Origin: an uncultured Gammaproteobacteria bacterium | GTDB lineage: Bacteria > Patescibacteriota > Patescibacteriia > PEXW01 | DNA length: 64,000 bases | Assembly (NCBI GenBank): GCA_964486505.1 | Contig: CAZAMC010000002.1 | Coordinates: forward strand, 129,656-193,655 | Direction of reading: 5' to 3' | In this document: one piece after another, positions 26,798 to 38,000 of the stretch | Layout: every line of letters starts with the position of its first letter | How positions within the stretch are numbered: the stretch's first letter is position 1 | Notes under the pieces: model-generated | Told to the model about the DNA's origin: nothing | Databases searched by the model: none | The model's input: the letters and a program-made list of their open reading frames with translations, nothing else | Translations under genes and position numbers: made by a program

Positions 26798-28339
26798 TTA
26801 CGTGGAGCTGGCAGGAGGGAGGTTACGAGATGCGCTTGGGTAAGAATTACTCGCGATGCTGATGGCCGTCTTGCCCAGGACGAGCAGGACTTTTGGGGCG
26901 GCTATCTCGGTATTGGTGTTCTGGTTGTGGTTGGCATTGCCGTTGGTCACGGTGGTGCCGGCGGTGAGCGGTACATCGGTGGGCAGGATAGTGGTGACGG
27001 TGCCACCGTACTTCTGCTGCAGCGCCGCCACGGTTTGCGTTGCCGTGCCGTTGGAGAGGTCGACGATGACTGTATTGTCGTACCGTGTGGTTTTCGGCGC
27101 CTGGGCGTAGGAGCGTACGTTGTAGGCAAACCCGCGCAGGAAGGTGCTCACGGAACTCGCCAGACCGGCCTCGCCCGTCGCATTCACCACTTGCACCGGA
27201 GCGGCTTCGCGCAGCACCGCGTTGTTCTGGAAGATGTTCGCTGCAAGTTCATGAATTTCTGCGTAGTTGCCAAGGCCCAAGCGGGGCTGGATGACGTAGG
27301 CGCCATCAAGACCCGTGCCTTGGCGAACCAGGTTATCCGTGGAGGTTTCCAGCACCCGTGTCACCAGACGTTCGGGGCTCAGGTCTTTGGCAATGCTGGC
27401 CAGGCGGGCAACTTCCCAGAGTTCAAACGTCGTGTTCACGTGGCTGCCCAGCGAATCCAGGAGGCCGCTGATTTTCCCAGGGTTGGTGAGGGTGCCGAGG
27501 GACAGAGTTTTCTCGCGGAGAGCGAGCAGGAGCTTCTGCTGCCGCTTGGAGCGAGCGAAGTCCGAGCCTTCGCCATTCGTGCCATGCCGCGAGCGGGAGA
27601 ATTGCAGAGCCCGCTCACCGTCGAAGTGCTGTGTCCCAGTTTCGAAGCGAATAGTTTGGTAGCCGTAGTTGTACGTGGGGTACTCGTAGTCAACGAATGG
27701 TACGTCGACGGTCACGTCTATGCCGCCGACTGCGTCCACGGCTTGCTTAAAGCCGTTGAAGTCCACGCGCGTGAAGTAGTGCACAGTCTGGCCCGTAACC
27801 GACTCAACGATTTTTGTCATGAGCGCGTCTCCGCCGGTGGGTTCGGCCGTTGTGTTACCAAAGGCCAGGGCGTTGTTGATCTTCCGGTAGCCGTACCCTG
27901 GGATGTCCACCAAAAAGTCCCGAGGTATCGAGAGCATCGCCACATCCTGTGTGGTGTTGTCGATGCTCGCCAAGATAATGGTGTCCGCTAAGTATGGGCC
28001 CTCATGTCCTGGGCCGCCGTGACCAACCAGGAGGATGTTCGTACGGTTCTTGTCGTCGTGTTTGAGTTCCCGATCGCCCGGTACAATGAGCTTACCGAGT
28101 TGCTCAAGGGGGGAGGCGTTATTCGTCCCACCAAAAACATCCGCGCTCACTCGCAGTAACTTCCAGCCCAAGCCAATGGCCACCACGGCAACTACACCGG
28201 CCGTAGCCACGGCGAGGTGCCACCAGTGAAAGTGGTAACGCCGCTTTTTCAACGGTAAAGCTCCCGGTCCTGGGGTGAGGTCCGGTGGGGTTGGCGTTGT
28301 TGCTTTTTTTCCTTTTCCTTCAGGTGCTTTCAGGGCCAT
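26798..28339 (-). CDS. LytR/CpsA/Psr (LCP) family protein with LytR C-terminal domain
   Basis: TM, NILLVG, LADTII, SIPRD, SDFARSKRQQ, VVNATGEAGLA. Confidence 0.93.
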   Translation of the reverse strand: MALKAPEGKGKKATTPTPPDLTPGPGALPLKKRRYHFHWWHLAVATAGVVAVVAIGLGWKLLRVSADVFGGTNNASPLEQLGKLIVPGDRELKHDDKNRTNILLVGHGGPGHEGPYLADTIILASIDNTTQDVAMLSIPRDFLVDIPGYGYRKINNALAFGNTTAEPTGGDALMTKIVESVTGQTVHYFTRVDFNGFKQAVDAVGGIDVTVDVPFVDYEYPTYNYGYQTIRFETGTQHFDGERALQFSRSRHGTNGEGSDFARSKRQQKLLLALREKTLSLGTLTNPGKISGLLDSLGSHVNTTFELWEVARLASIAKDLSPERLVTRVLETSTDNLVRQGTGLDGAYVIQPRLGLGNYAEIHELAANIFQNNAVLREAAPVQVVNATGEAGLASSVSTFLRGFAYNVRSYAQAPKTTRYDNTVIVDLSNGTATQTVAALQQKYGGTVTTILPTDVPLTAGTTVTNGNANHNQNTNTEIAAPKVLLVLGKTAISIASNSYPSASRNLPPASST

Positions 28340-28591
28340 AGAACACGCAAAACGGCTCGCGCTTGTGGGTGCACCGTACCAATTTCCTACCGCCGAGTCA
28401 AGGACGAGAGGGCAAGGGGCTGGGCTTGCGTGAAGTGAAAAATGTGCTACAATTCGGCACATTCGCGCGATTTTTCTGTGCGGGCACGTTGCGCCACTGG
28501 GTCTCGCCATCAGGCAGACGAGTGTGGCCCATCGCGAGCGTCCAGGGGATAGCGCTCCACCACACGTTCTCGTGCACATCTGCACTCCTGC

Positions 28592-28668
28592 GGGTATGTA
28601 GCTCAGCTGGTTAGAGCGCGCCGTTCACATCGGCGAGGTCCCTGGTCCGAATCCAGGCATGCCCACCA
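28592..28668 (+). tRNA. tRNA-Val(CAC)
   Basis: GGGTATG/CATGCCC acceptor stem, CGCCG-TTCACAT-CGGCG, CCA; T-loop TCCGAAT. Confidence 0.92.
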
Positions 28669-28838
28669 CGCGTCATCGCTTGCTCGCCCTTCGTCCCGCC
28701 ATACGGCAGGACTCCGGACTCCGCCAACGTGCCGCTTTACCCCAGCACCGCGTACTCGTCCCGTAGATACGGGGCTGCGTGCCACGCTGCTGGGCCCCGG
28801 TAAGCACTCGGTAGCATTTCATCATTCACCCGAAGCAC

Positions 28839-29417
28839 ATGCCAACTGATTTGAAGAAGTTTAAGCTCCAGGGTGGTTGGCTCATGCTCTGGGAGGTTGT
28901 GAAGGTCGTGGCTATGGCCTTGGTTATTGTTGTAGTTGTGAAGCACTTCCTCTTCCAGCCGTTCTACGTGAAAGGCGCGTCCATGGAGCCCAACTATGAG
29001 GATCACGAGTACCTCATCATTGATGAGTTGACGTATCGGTTCCGTGAGCCAACCCGGGGTGAAGTGGTCGTCTTCCACTACCCCAACGATCCTAGCCAGT
29101 ACTTCATCAAGCGCGTGATCGGTTTGCCAGGCGAAACGGTGGTGGTGGATGACGACGGGGTCATGGTGAATGGCCAGCGCCTGAATGAATCGGTGTACTT
29201 AAGCTCGGACGTGCTCACCGTTGGGGATACAGACGTTACGTTGGGCGCCGACCAGTACTTCGTCATGGGGGACAATCGGCCTTCAAGCTTAGACTCTCGG
29301 ATATTCGGTCCCATTGAACGCTCACGCATTGTTGGCCGCACGTGGTTCCGCGCGTGGCCCTTTAGCCGACTCACTCACTTCACCGCCCCGGCCTACCTCC
29401 CGGTCAGTGCGCTCTAG
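28839..29417 (+). CDS. lepB: signal peptidase I
   Basis: GASMEP, FIKRVIGLPG, MGDNRPSSLDSR. Confidence 0.95.
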   Translation: MPTDLKKFKLQGGWLMLWEVVKVVAMALVIVVVVKHFLFQPFYVKGASMEPNYEDHEYLIIDELTYRFREPTRGEVVVFHYPNDPSQYFIKRVIGLPGETVVVDDDGVMVNGQRLNESVYLSSDVLTVGDTDVTLGADQYFVMGDNRPSSLDSRIFGPIERSRIVGRTWFRAWPFSRLTHFTAPAYLPVSAL

Positions 29418-29428
29418 CCATCACCCCT

Positions 29429-30808
29429 ATGCTACCGAAGAAAGCCCCTCCCGTTCCTGAACCTTTTGTCCCGAAGAAGGGGAAGACCCCTATGCTCGTC
29501 CGCGGTATGAAGGACATCCTCCCGGTCGACTGGCCGTGGTGGAACCTGGTGACCCAGAAGGTCATTGACGTGGCCCGGGATTTTGGTTTTGAGCGGATTG
29601 AAACGCCCATTCTTGAAGAGAACACCACCTTTGTGCGGAGCGTGGGCAAGGATACCGACATCGTTGAGAAGGAACTCTTCAACTTCACCGATCGGGGTGG
29701 CGATATGGTGGCCATGCGTCCCGAGGGGACAGCGGGCGTTGTGCGGGCCTACTTGGAGCACGGCATGCTCACCATGCCCCAGCCGGTGAAGCTTTTCTAC
29801 ATTGGCCCAATGTTCCGCTACGACCGGCCCCAGAGCGGCCGATACCGGCAGTTCTGGCAATTTGGCTTTGAGATCATTGGGGATGGTCACCCGGTCGTTG
29901 ACGCCGAGCTCATTGCCATTGGCGCCACCGTATACCAGGAGTTAGGCGTACCAGTGCGCGTACAGGTGAATTCGGTCGGGGACGCGCCGTCCCGCGCGGC
30001 GTACATCAAAGTGCTCACCGAGTACTTCAAGCCCCGCCGCAACCGGCTGTGTGAAGACTGCAAGAAGCGCCTGCAGAAAAATCCACTGCGCATCCTCGAC
30101 TGCAAGGTCGCCGACTGCCAATTACTCGCGCAGGATGTGCCGCCGTTCCTGGACCACCTCTCCGAACCCGCACGGGAGCACTTTGTGAAAGTTCTTGAGC
30201 ACTTGGACGATATGGAAGTAGCCTACGATTTAAATCCCCGCATCGTACGTGGTCTCGATTACTACACGCACACCGCGTTTGAGTACACCATTGCCGATGA
30301 CGTGGGGGTAGAGAAGCAACAGAGCGCCGTTGGGGGCGGCGGGCGGTACGACGGGCTCGTGGAGCTCTTCGGCGGTCGGCCAACACCGGCAATAGGCTTT
30401 GCCGGGGGCCTAGAGCGGACCGTGATGCAGCTGAAGGCCCGCGGCATCCAGCCACCAACGCCTATTCGGCCCGATGTGTTCCTGGCACAACTCGGGGATG
30501 CCGCACGGCGCAAGGCCATAAAGCTCTTCCGCGAGCTCCGCAGTTTGGGTATCCGTACGGCGGCCACGTTCTCGAAGACCAGCATTAAGGGCCAGCTCGA
30601 GGCCGCTAACCGCATGCGGGCGCCCTTTACCCTCATCCTCGGCCAGAAGGAGATGGTCGACAATACCATCCTCGTCCGGGACATGGAGAGCGGCATTCAG
30701 GAAGTTGTGGACTTTAACAAGGCCGTTGCGGAAGTGCAGAAGCGGGTACAGAAGGCGAATGGCGAAAAGCAGCTCGTGAACGGTGAAGCAGCTGAACCCC
30801 AGGAGTGA
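29429..30808 (+). CDS. hisS: histidine--tRNA ligase
   Basis: RPEGTA, FRYDRPQSGRYRQFWQ, VRGLDYY, GGGRYD. Confidence 0.97.
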   Translation: MLPKKAPPVPEPFVPKKGKTPMLVRGMKDILPVDWPWWNLVTQKVIDVARDFGFERIETPILEENTTFVRSVGKDTDIVEKELFNFTDRGGDMVAMRPEGTAGVVRAYLEHGMLTMPQPVKLFYIGPMFRYDRPQSGRYRQFWQFGFEIIGDGHPVVDAELIAIGATVYQELGVPVRVQVNSVGDAPSRAAYIKVLTEYFKPRRNRLCEDCKKRLQKNPLRILDCKVADCQLLAQDVPPFLDHLSEPAREHFVKVLEHLDDMEVAYDLNPRIVRGLDYYTHTAFEYTIADDVGVEKQQSAVGGGGRYDGLVELFGGRPTPAIGFAGGLERTVMQLKARGIQPPTPIRPDVFLAQLGDAARRKAIKLFRELRSLGIRTAATFSKTSIKGQLEAANRMRAPFTLILGQKEMVDNTILVRDMESGIQEVVDFNKAVAEVQKRVQKANGEKQLVNGEAAEPQE

Positions 30809-30811
30809 GGT

Positions 30812-31135
30812 ATGGACTGCGTGTTCTGCAAAATCGCCGAGGGCGTCGTGCCGGCCAAGCGCGTGTGGGAGAACGAGCTCTTCGTCGCTTTTGAAGACCT
30901 CCGTCCGAAAGCGCCGGTCCACGTCCTCATAGCCCCGCGGCAACACATCGTGAGCCTGAATGATGCGCCCGCTAGCATTCTGCAGGCGCTCGGGCAGAGT
31001 ATCCTCGCGGTTGCTGAGTATACCGGGGTGAAGGCGCGGGGGTACCGCACCATCATTAATACCGGCGTTGAGGGTGGCCAAGAAGTGCAGCACCTCCACG
31101 TACACGTCCTAGGCGGGAAGCCTCTTGGCATCTAG
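30812..31135 (+). CDS. HIT family (histidine triad) protein
   Basis: CVFCKI, HLHVHVLGG. Confidence 0.93.
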   Translation: MDCVFCKIAEGVVPAKRVWENELFVAFEDLRPKAPVHVLIAPRQHIVSLNDAPASILQALGQSILAVAEYTGVKARGYRTIINTGVEGGQEVQHLHVHVLGGKPLGI

Positions 31136-31227
31136 TGCTGGAAGGGCGGGGGAAGGCCCTTGCCTTTTTTGATTTGTCGTGTCATAGTGCATTCATCCCT
31201 ACCGTAGTTTGAAAGGAGGTTTCCCCT

Positions 31228-31518
31228 GTGGTTGAAGTAAAGAAGAAAGAGAACGAGTCGTCGGAAAGTCTCATCCGTCGATTCAATCGCCGCGTGCAGC
31301 AAAGCGGGGTTCTACTCCGAACCAAGAAAGACCAGTACTTCGAACCGGCGCCCAATGAGCGACTGCTCAAGCAGAAGGCTATTCGCCGAACGAAGATCCG
31401 TGAGAAGAAAGAGTACTTACGGAAAATTGGTAAACTCGACGAGCTCATGGCCAAGACGAAAGGCCGTGGCCGGACGCGTAGTCTCGCAAAGCTTTTGAAC
31501 GTGAAATTCAAGAAATGA
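31228..31518 (+). CDS. rpsU: 30S ribosomal protein S21 with basic C-terminal extension
   Basis: VEVKKKENESSESLIRRF; upstream of yqeY; AAGGAGG SD. Confidence 0.85.
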   Translation: MVEVKKKENESSESLIRRFNRRVQQSGVLLRTKKDQYFEPAPNERLLKQKAIRRTKIREKKEYLRKIGKLDELMAKTKGRGRTRSLAKLLNVKFKK

Positions 31519-31961
31519 CCTTAGCGCAGCGTATTGAGGCCGACCTGACGACGGCACTGAAGGCCCACCAAGCCCAACATGTGGAGGTGCTTCGATTCCT
31601 GAAGAGCAGCCTCCAGAATGCCAAGATTGCGAAGCGTGATGACCTCACCGATGCTGACGTCGAGAAAGCTATTGCGACCGAGGTGAAGCGCCGTACGGAA
31701 GCCGTGGAGCAATTTCGGGCGGGTGGCCGCGAGGAGCTCGCTGCGGCCGATGTCGCCGCCATCGATATCTTGAAAGTCTACCTCCCGCAACCGCTCACCG
31801 AAGCCGAGATTGCAGCACTGGTTCAGGCACAGGTGCAGGCTACGGGTGCCAAGGGCCCGGCTGACTTTGGCAAAGTTATGGGGCCGGTCATGGCCCAGGT
31901 CGGTACACGGGCGGACGGCAAAGCTGTCCAAGCTGTGGTCAAGAAGGTTCTTACCCCCTAA
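31515..31961 (+). CDS. GatB/YqeY domain protein
   Basis: EVKRRTEAVEQF, YLPQPL, DFGKVMG, ADGK. Confidence 0.93.
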   Translation: MTLAQRIEADLTTALKAHQAQHVEVLRFLKSSLQNAKIAKRDDLTDADVEKAIATEVKRRTEAVEQFRAGGREELAAADVAAIDILKVYLPQPLTEAEIAALVQAQVQATGAKGPADFGKVMGPVMAQVGTRADGKAVQAVVKKVLTP

Positions 31962-32010
31962 AGCATCTCCTCTCCATTCATGCACTGCTGTTCGCTTGTC
32001 GGCACGCAGC

Positions 32011-35000
32011 ATGCCCACCACCAACCCTAACGCTCGACGTGCGTTTCTCCTCGGCCTCAGCGGTACGCTGCTGGCCGTGGTTGGGTTGTTCCTGCTGGCG
32101 CAAGTAACCAACGCCATCACCGTTGAAGATGTGGGTGGCACGTTGGGCTTGGGGAATGCTGATCTCAAGCAGACCATTGTCAACGTGGTGAAGTGGGCTT
32201 TGGGCTTGCTGGGTTTGGTGGCGATCATTGTCATGCTGTACGGTGGCTTCCTCTGGATGACGTCACGGGGGAACGAGAAGCAAATTGAAAAAGCGAAGCG
32301 CACGCTCATTAACGGGGCCATTGGCCTGGTCATCATCTTGGTGTCCTGGGCAATTGTCCTGTTCATCCAACGGTTCATCACGAACGCCACGGGGAATGCC
32401 CAAGCCTCCGGGCAGTGCCAGATGAGCTTGCCGGCCGAGTGGGGCTACTGCAACTTGTGTGACGATACCTTGGACCCCCGGCCGGACTTTGGCTTCCTCG
32501 TACCAGACCCATCCTGCATTACGCCAGATTCCAATACGTATTACGCGGACTGGCAGAATCCAGTGCACGAGGAAGCGGACGTGAGCCTGTGCTCGGCGGT
32601 GTCCGCCCACTTCACTGGCCTTACGCCTGCCGCGGCCAACGACATTAGCATTAGTAGCACCTTCCCGGTCACGGATGGCTCGGGGAATTCGCCGACGCAC
32701 ACTGTGAATTTCTTTGGCCCAACTGCTGAGTTCGTCCACCCCACCGAAGACTTCCTGCCCAATACGCAGTACAGCGTTGATGTGAACGGGATTATCAGCA
32801 GCGATGGCACAGCCGCCACGCAGCCGCCAGGGGGGTGGACATTTACAACGGGCACCACGAGCGACGAAGATCCGCCAACCGTGTCGCTGACTGCACCGAC
32901 GAACAACGAAACGATTCAGTGTTTGTCACCGGTCATCGAGGTGCGGTTCAGCGAGTCCATGCTCGCGTCGAGCATGTACAATCCCGCAAACTTCCGCATT
33001 ACGCCCGCCGACGCGGCCGTGGCACGCATCGACATGCCCCGTTCCGATACCTTGCAAATCACCTTGGATAAGCCTTTGGTGAAGAACCGCACGTACACGA
33101 TTACCCTCAATGCAGACACCGACCCCAACGCAACGGGCGGCTTCTACTCCGGGTACAAGGACACGTGCATTAACGCGCTGGATGGCGACAGTGATGGGAC
33201 GGCTGAAGATGGTGATGGCCAACCGAACACCCTGCCGCCGGACGACGACTTCTCGTGGGTCTTCACGACGGCGGACACCGACACCGTTGACTGCACGCCG
33301 GTGATTACCAGCGTCACCACGCCGGCCTACCATGGGAACCCCACTGACCCCAACCGCGTGGTGGTTCGGGGCTCCAACTTTGGGTTAACGCCACGCGTGC
33401 GCTTCAGCGGCAACGTGCTGGCCACGGACATTGGCGGGACAAACAGTTTGTGCTTCGACGATAACAACATCCCGCAGCGCACAGGTTCGCCAGCCTGCAT
33501 CCACACCGACCCGGCTATACCCACGCCCACGTCGGCGCGCATCGATGCCATGGTACCCACAGGTCCTCTTGCCTACGCGCCGAATGGCGCTATGACTGGC
33601 CCGGTAACCGTGGAAGTCGCCGGCCGCTCGAGCCCGCCCTCATCCAACGTGGAGGTGCGCAGCCCACACATCACGGGCATTTACCCGCGCGAGGGGAAGG
33701 CGGGTCGATTCGTGACCATCTTCGGTGAAAATTTTGGAGTCAATGGGCGCGTCCGCTTCCGCATTCCGGGTGGTTCTAACCTCCTCGCCTCCACGCCCAG
33801 CTGCTCATCAACGCCGTGGTCAGATACGCAAATTTTGGTCCAGGTGCCGGAAGGCTTCACCTTTGGCGACACGACGTTCATCCAAGTTGACACGGATACC
33901 TACGCCGACGTACGGGGGATGAGCAACCTGGCGCAGTTCGACATCCGCGATGTGAGCGGGCCAAACCTCTGCAGTATCAACCCGAGTAGCAGCAATGACC
34001 CCAGCGCTTCACTGGACGCCCTCGGCGACGGCTTTGGCACAAACCCCGCAGTGGTTTCCACCCGCTACAGCTCGTTCGCCGGCAACCTCGTGTCGCTCAC
34101 CGATGACCAGCACCTCAGGGCCGCTCCGGGGGCGCCACTTGCCAATGGCACGTACAACTTCTTCGTAACCGTGAATGGCGTAGCCTCGAACCCGTTGCAG
34201 TACCGCATCCCCCGCGATCCGGCACCGGCGGTGGTCTTCGACAGTTCCTGCAGCACAAGTGTGCCAGTCATTCGTTCGCCAAACCCACTTCCCGATACGG
34301 CCGATGCTTGTCGGAACCTCGGCGTGGCCGTTCGGTTTACCGAATCTATGAACCCGGCCGCGGCGGGTGGCACAACCGACCCGACTCTCTTCTACGTTAG
34401 TCGGTGCAATAACACCGCGACATTCGATCCCGCCGCCTGCAGCGGCACGGTGAATGGTACGCGGGCAAATGCCACCTATAACCAGAGCGACGACCTCGTC
34501 GCCTTTGCTCCAGCCGGTGACCGTTTCGACGATGGGTACTGGTACCAAGTAACCGTGAAGGCGGGCATCCCGAGCGCTGCCGGGGCCCTCTTGCCGCAGG
34601 ATGTTGTGTGGCACTTCCGCGTTCGGGAGACCGGCGGGGACTGTCAGGCCGAGGCTGTCGGTGTAACGCCGCCACAAATTGGGCCTCTCGCTACCGGCCA
34701 GTCGGGTGTTTTCACGGCGCTTGCAACGAACAACTCCTGCTCGATTCTCCTGGGGCTTCCTGGTGATTTCAACTGGAGTTCGAGTGACACGTCAATGGCC
34801 AGCGATCCCACTGAGTCAACTGTTCCTGCTGGTGCTCAGCCGGCGGATAACACCGGCACGACCACCGTGCAACCCGGAAGCATAGACGGCACGGCGAACA
34901 TCAGCGCCACGTACAGCGGCCTCACCGGGAGTGGCAACCTCATTGTCCAGCGCAACTACTGCGAGACCAATACGGACTGCGCTACGCGGACGAATAGCTA

Positions 35001-38000
35001 CGGCGATGTGTGCACGGGCGCAATTTGCAACGTTGCCTTGCGGACATGTGAACCGCGGGTACTCACACTCCAATCTGGCTCACAGACTGGCACCGCGGTG
35101 AACGGCCCAGCGGGGAATATGATCAACGTTCGCGGGTGTTACTTTGGCGGCGGCATGGGTGCGAATGGCAAAGTGACCTTCACGAACGGCGGGAACATTG
35201 CTGACGGCAGCTTTGCTATCTGCGGCCCAGCCGGCTGGACGAATGACCTCATTCGCGTCCAGGCCATGCCCGATACTGATCCGCCCGCCTCAGCGAACAC
35301 CATCTGGAGCGTGCAGGTGTTGGCCGATAATGGCTTAGGCAGCAACAACGACACCACCTACACCATCAGCTCCCAGTGTACGACCCCAACGAATGGCACG
35401 ACGTCTGTTCCGGGAACGGGCGTGCCTATCCTTTGTGGCACCCTGCCACCTGCCGGTCGGGAAGGGGATGCGATTCAGTACCAAGGGGCGCGTTTCACGG
35501 CGAGTAGCGAGGCCTTCTTCTCCGAGGCGAATGGCCCGCTCAATCAGCTGCCCCTTCCGGGCGCAGCCACTACGGTAACCCCGCCGAGCACCGCTATGAG
35601 CCACGTCGCCGTGGATACCGGTATCCCGACTGGTGGTACTACCGCGGCGACCACGATTGGCGTACCCACTGGGGGAGACTTCTGCATTGCCACGCCGGTG
35701 GACTTTAGCGTGAGCTGCACCCAGAACAGCGAGTGTGGCACCACTGGTTGCTGTGTCGGTAACGCGTGCCGACCGACCGCTGTGTGTACCAATGGGCTTA
35801 TCAGCGGTATTACGCCGGGCGCCGGCACGCTCCAGTGCCGCAACCAGAATTTCGTCGTCACGTTCAACAAGTCCATGCGCCCAGAGACGGTGACCAACAC
35901 CACCGTCTACCTCTACGACGCCAACACAAATGCCCCAGTGCCAACCTCGTTCGCCTTTGACGGAACCAACGCCACCTTTACTGCTACCGATGCGCTTCCG
36001 AATGGGACCTACCGCATCCGCGTCGTGGGTGGGTCCGCGGGTGTGACCGCCACCGACAACACGTTCCTCCCCGCTGACTACGTGTGGCCGCAAGGGGCGG
36101 GAGTCTACACAGTGGATGCATCGTCACGAGTTTGCACTGTTGCACGCGTGAACATCCTCGAAATCCCCCCGCAAACAGTAATTACGCAAGATTTGTTCAC
36201 TTGCACCAGCGATTCGTGTGCCGGCGACGACGATCCGGTTGCTGGGAATCAACATCGCTACCGCGTGGCTGCGTATGACAGCCAGGATAACGAGCTCGGT
36301 CTCGCGAACCAATCGTGGGTAGAAGCAGATCCCGCAGGCGGGACGTACGCCTCGTCACCGGCGGGTACGTACTGCCCCGGGAATACGACGAGTAGCTTCT
36401 ACTGTGCTCTAGCGCGGAATATTCCAGAGGGGACCGAGCAACTAACCGTGAACATCACCGCAACCCAGAGCGCCGGAACGGGTACGGCGAGCATGCCCAT
36501 TCGCGCGTACATGTGCGCCAGCCCCTGGCCGGCGCCGCCTGCCTGGCCGTTCCGCGATCCGGACACCGGCACTGAACCCACGCACAACTTTACCTTCTCC
36601 TTCTGTCGCGATGGGGGAGTGAATGGGTATACCCTCAGCAACCCCATTCCGAGCTTGGCGCCGACGGGCAACATCCGGAAGGAGTACATCATGGCGGTTC
36701 TTGATGATACGGGTCGCAACATTGGCGATGCGATTGGTATCCGTATTGAGTCAAACCTGCGAGATCTCTCACCCACGCGCTGGTACAACCAGAAGTTCGA
36801 TCCGGATACGGGTGGTGGGGTTACGGAGGTTGACGGGTACCCCGCCCTCCGTGAAGGTCGGACAGTGTACGTGACTGCCGACAACTACGCGCCGCAAGAC
36901 GCGGCCCGGCCATGGTCGTACCCCAATGTCTACGTGGTTTCCCACACGGCGAATCCGCGCCCCGAAACCGTGGCGATCTTTGACCAGATTTTGAAGAACC
37001 TGAAGTTCAATGACGAGGCTACACCGTTACCGCAGCAGCTCCTCAGTGACCTTCGCTATGACGTGAAGCGCATCCACGCCTACAGCGAGATCGTCTACGC
37101 CATTCAGGCCTACAAGGAGGCGCACAACGGTGCTTTCCCCAACCTCGAGTCCGGCTCGTACTTGAAGAACCTCACCATGACCGCCTGGCCATCCTGGCAA
37201 GAGAACCTGGGTGCCCAGATTGGCATTACCATGCCGCAGGATCCGCAGAAGCTCTGGGACCCCCAGACCACACCACGACAGGCACCCGCCATGTGCGGCA
37301 CGGGCTTCGACCAGAATACGTGCTGGAATGAGGAGGACAAGGTTGCGCAATTCCCGAATCGCAGTCCCTATACCGGCACCGCGCCGCGGGAGTCTACGGG
37401 CATGATTTACCGTTCTGGTCCGGTGGGCTCCAACACGTCACCGTTCCACCTCATTGGCACGGTCAGCGACCACTTTGTCTGGCACTACTTGAATAGCGGT
37501 TTCATGGATGCGTGGTTGGATTGCATTGATATTACGAACAAGGCAACCGACGTGTGTCCAGGTGATTCTGTTTGCACTGGCTTCAACATGGCCCTCTGCT
37601 CAGATTCTTTCGGCCGGATTAACGCCCTGCGCAACCCATCGCCGGCTGACAGCACGCAGCCCACCATTGCCAGCGTAGAACCCGCATCGGGTACTCGCCT
37701 CGGTGGCACGGTGCAGTTTAAAGTTTCGGCGAGTGATAATCCCGGTGGGAGCGGTATTGGTCGGGTGGAGTTCGTGGTGCGACGCGGCGGGGCGATCGTG
37801 GCCCAGAGCACGTCAAGCCGACCGGATAGGGATGGCAAGTACGTTTGGTCGTGGGACTCACGGACCGTATTGAATAATACTGGGTACAGTTTGACCGTCA
37901 CGGCATTCGACGTCGCGGGGAACGCGGCGGTGTTCGCTCCCGCCCCGACCTACGAAGTCGCAAACGCACCCGGTGATCCAACCGCCCCGGTCATTACCCT

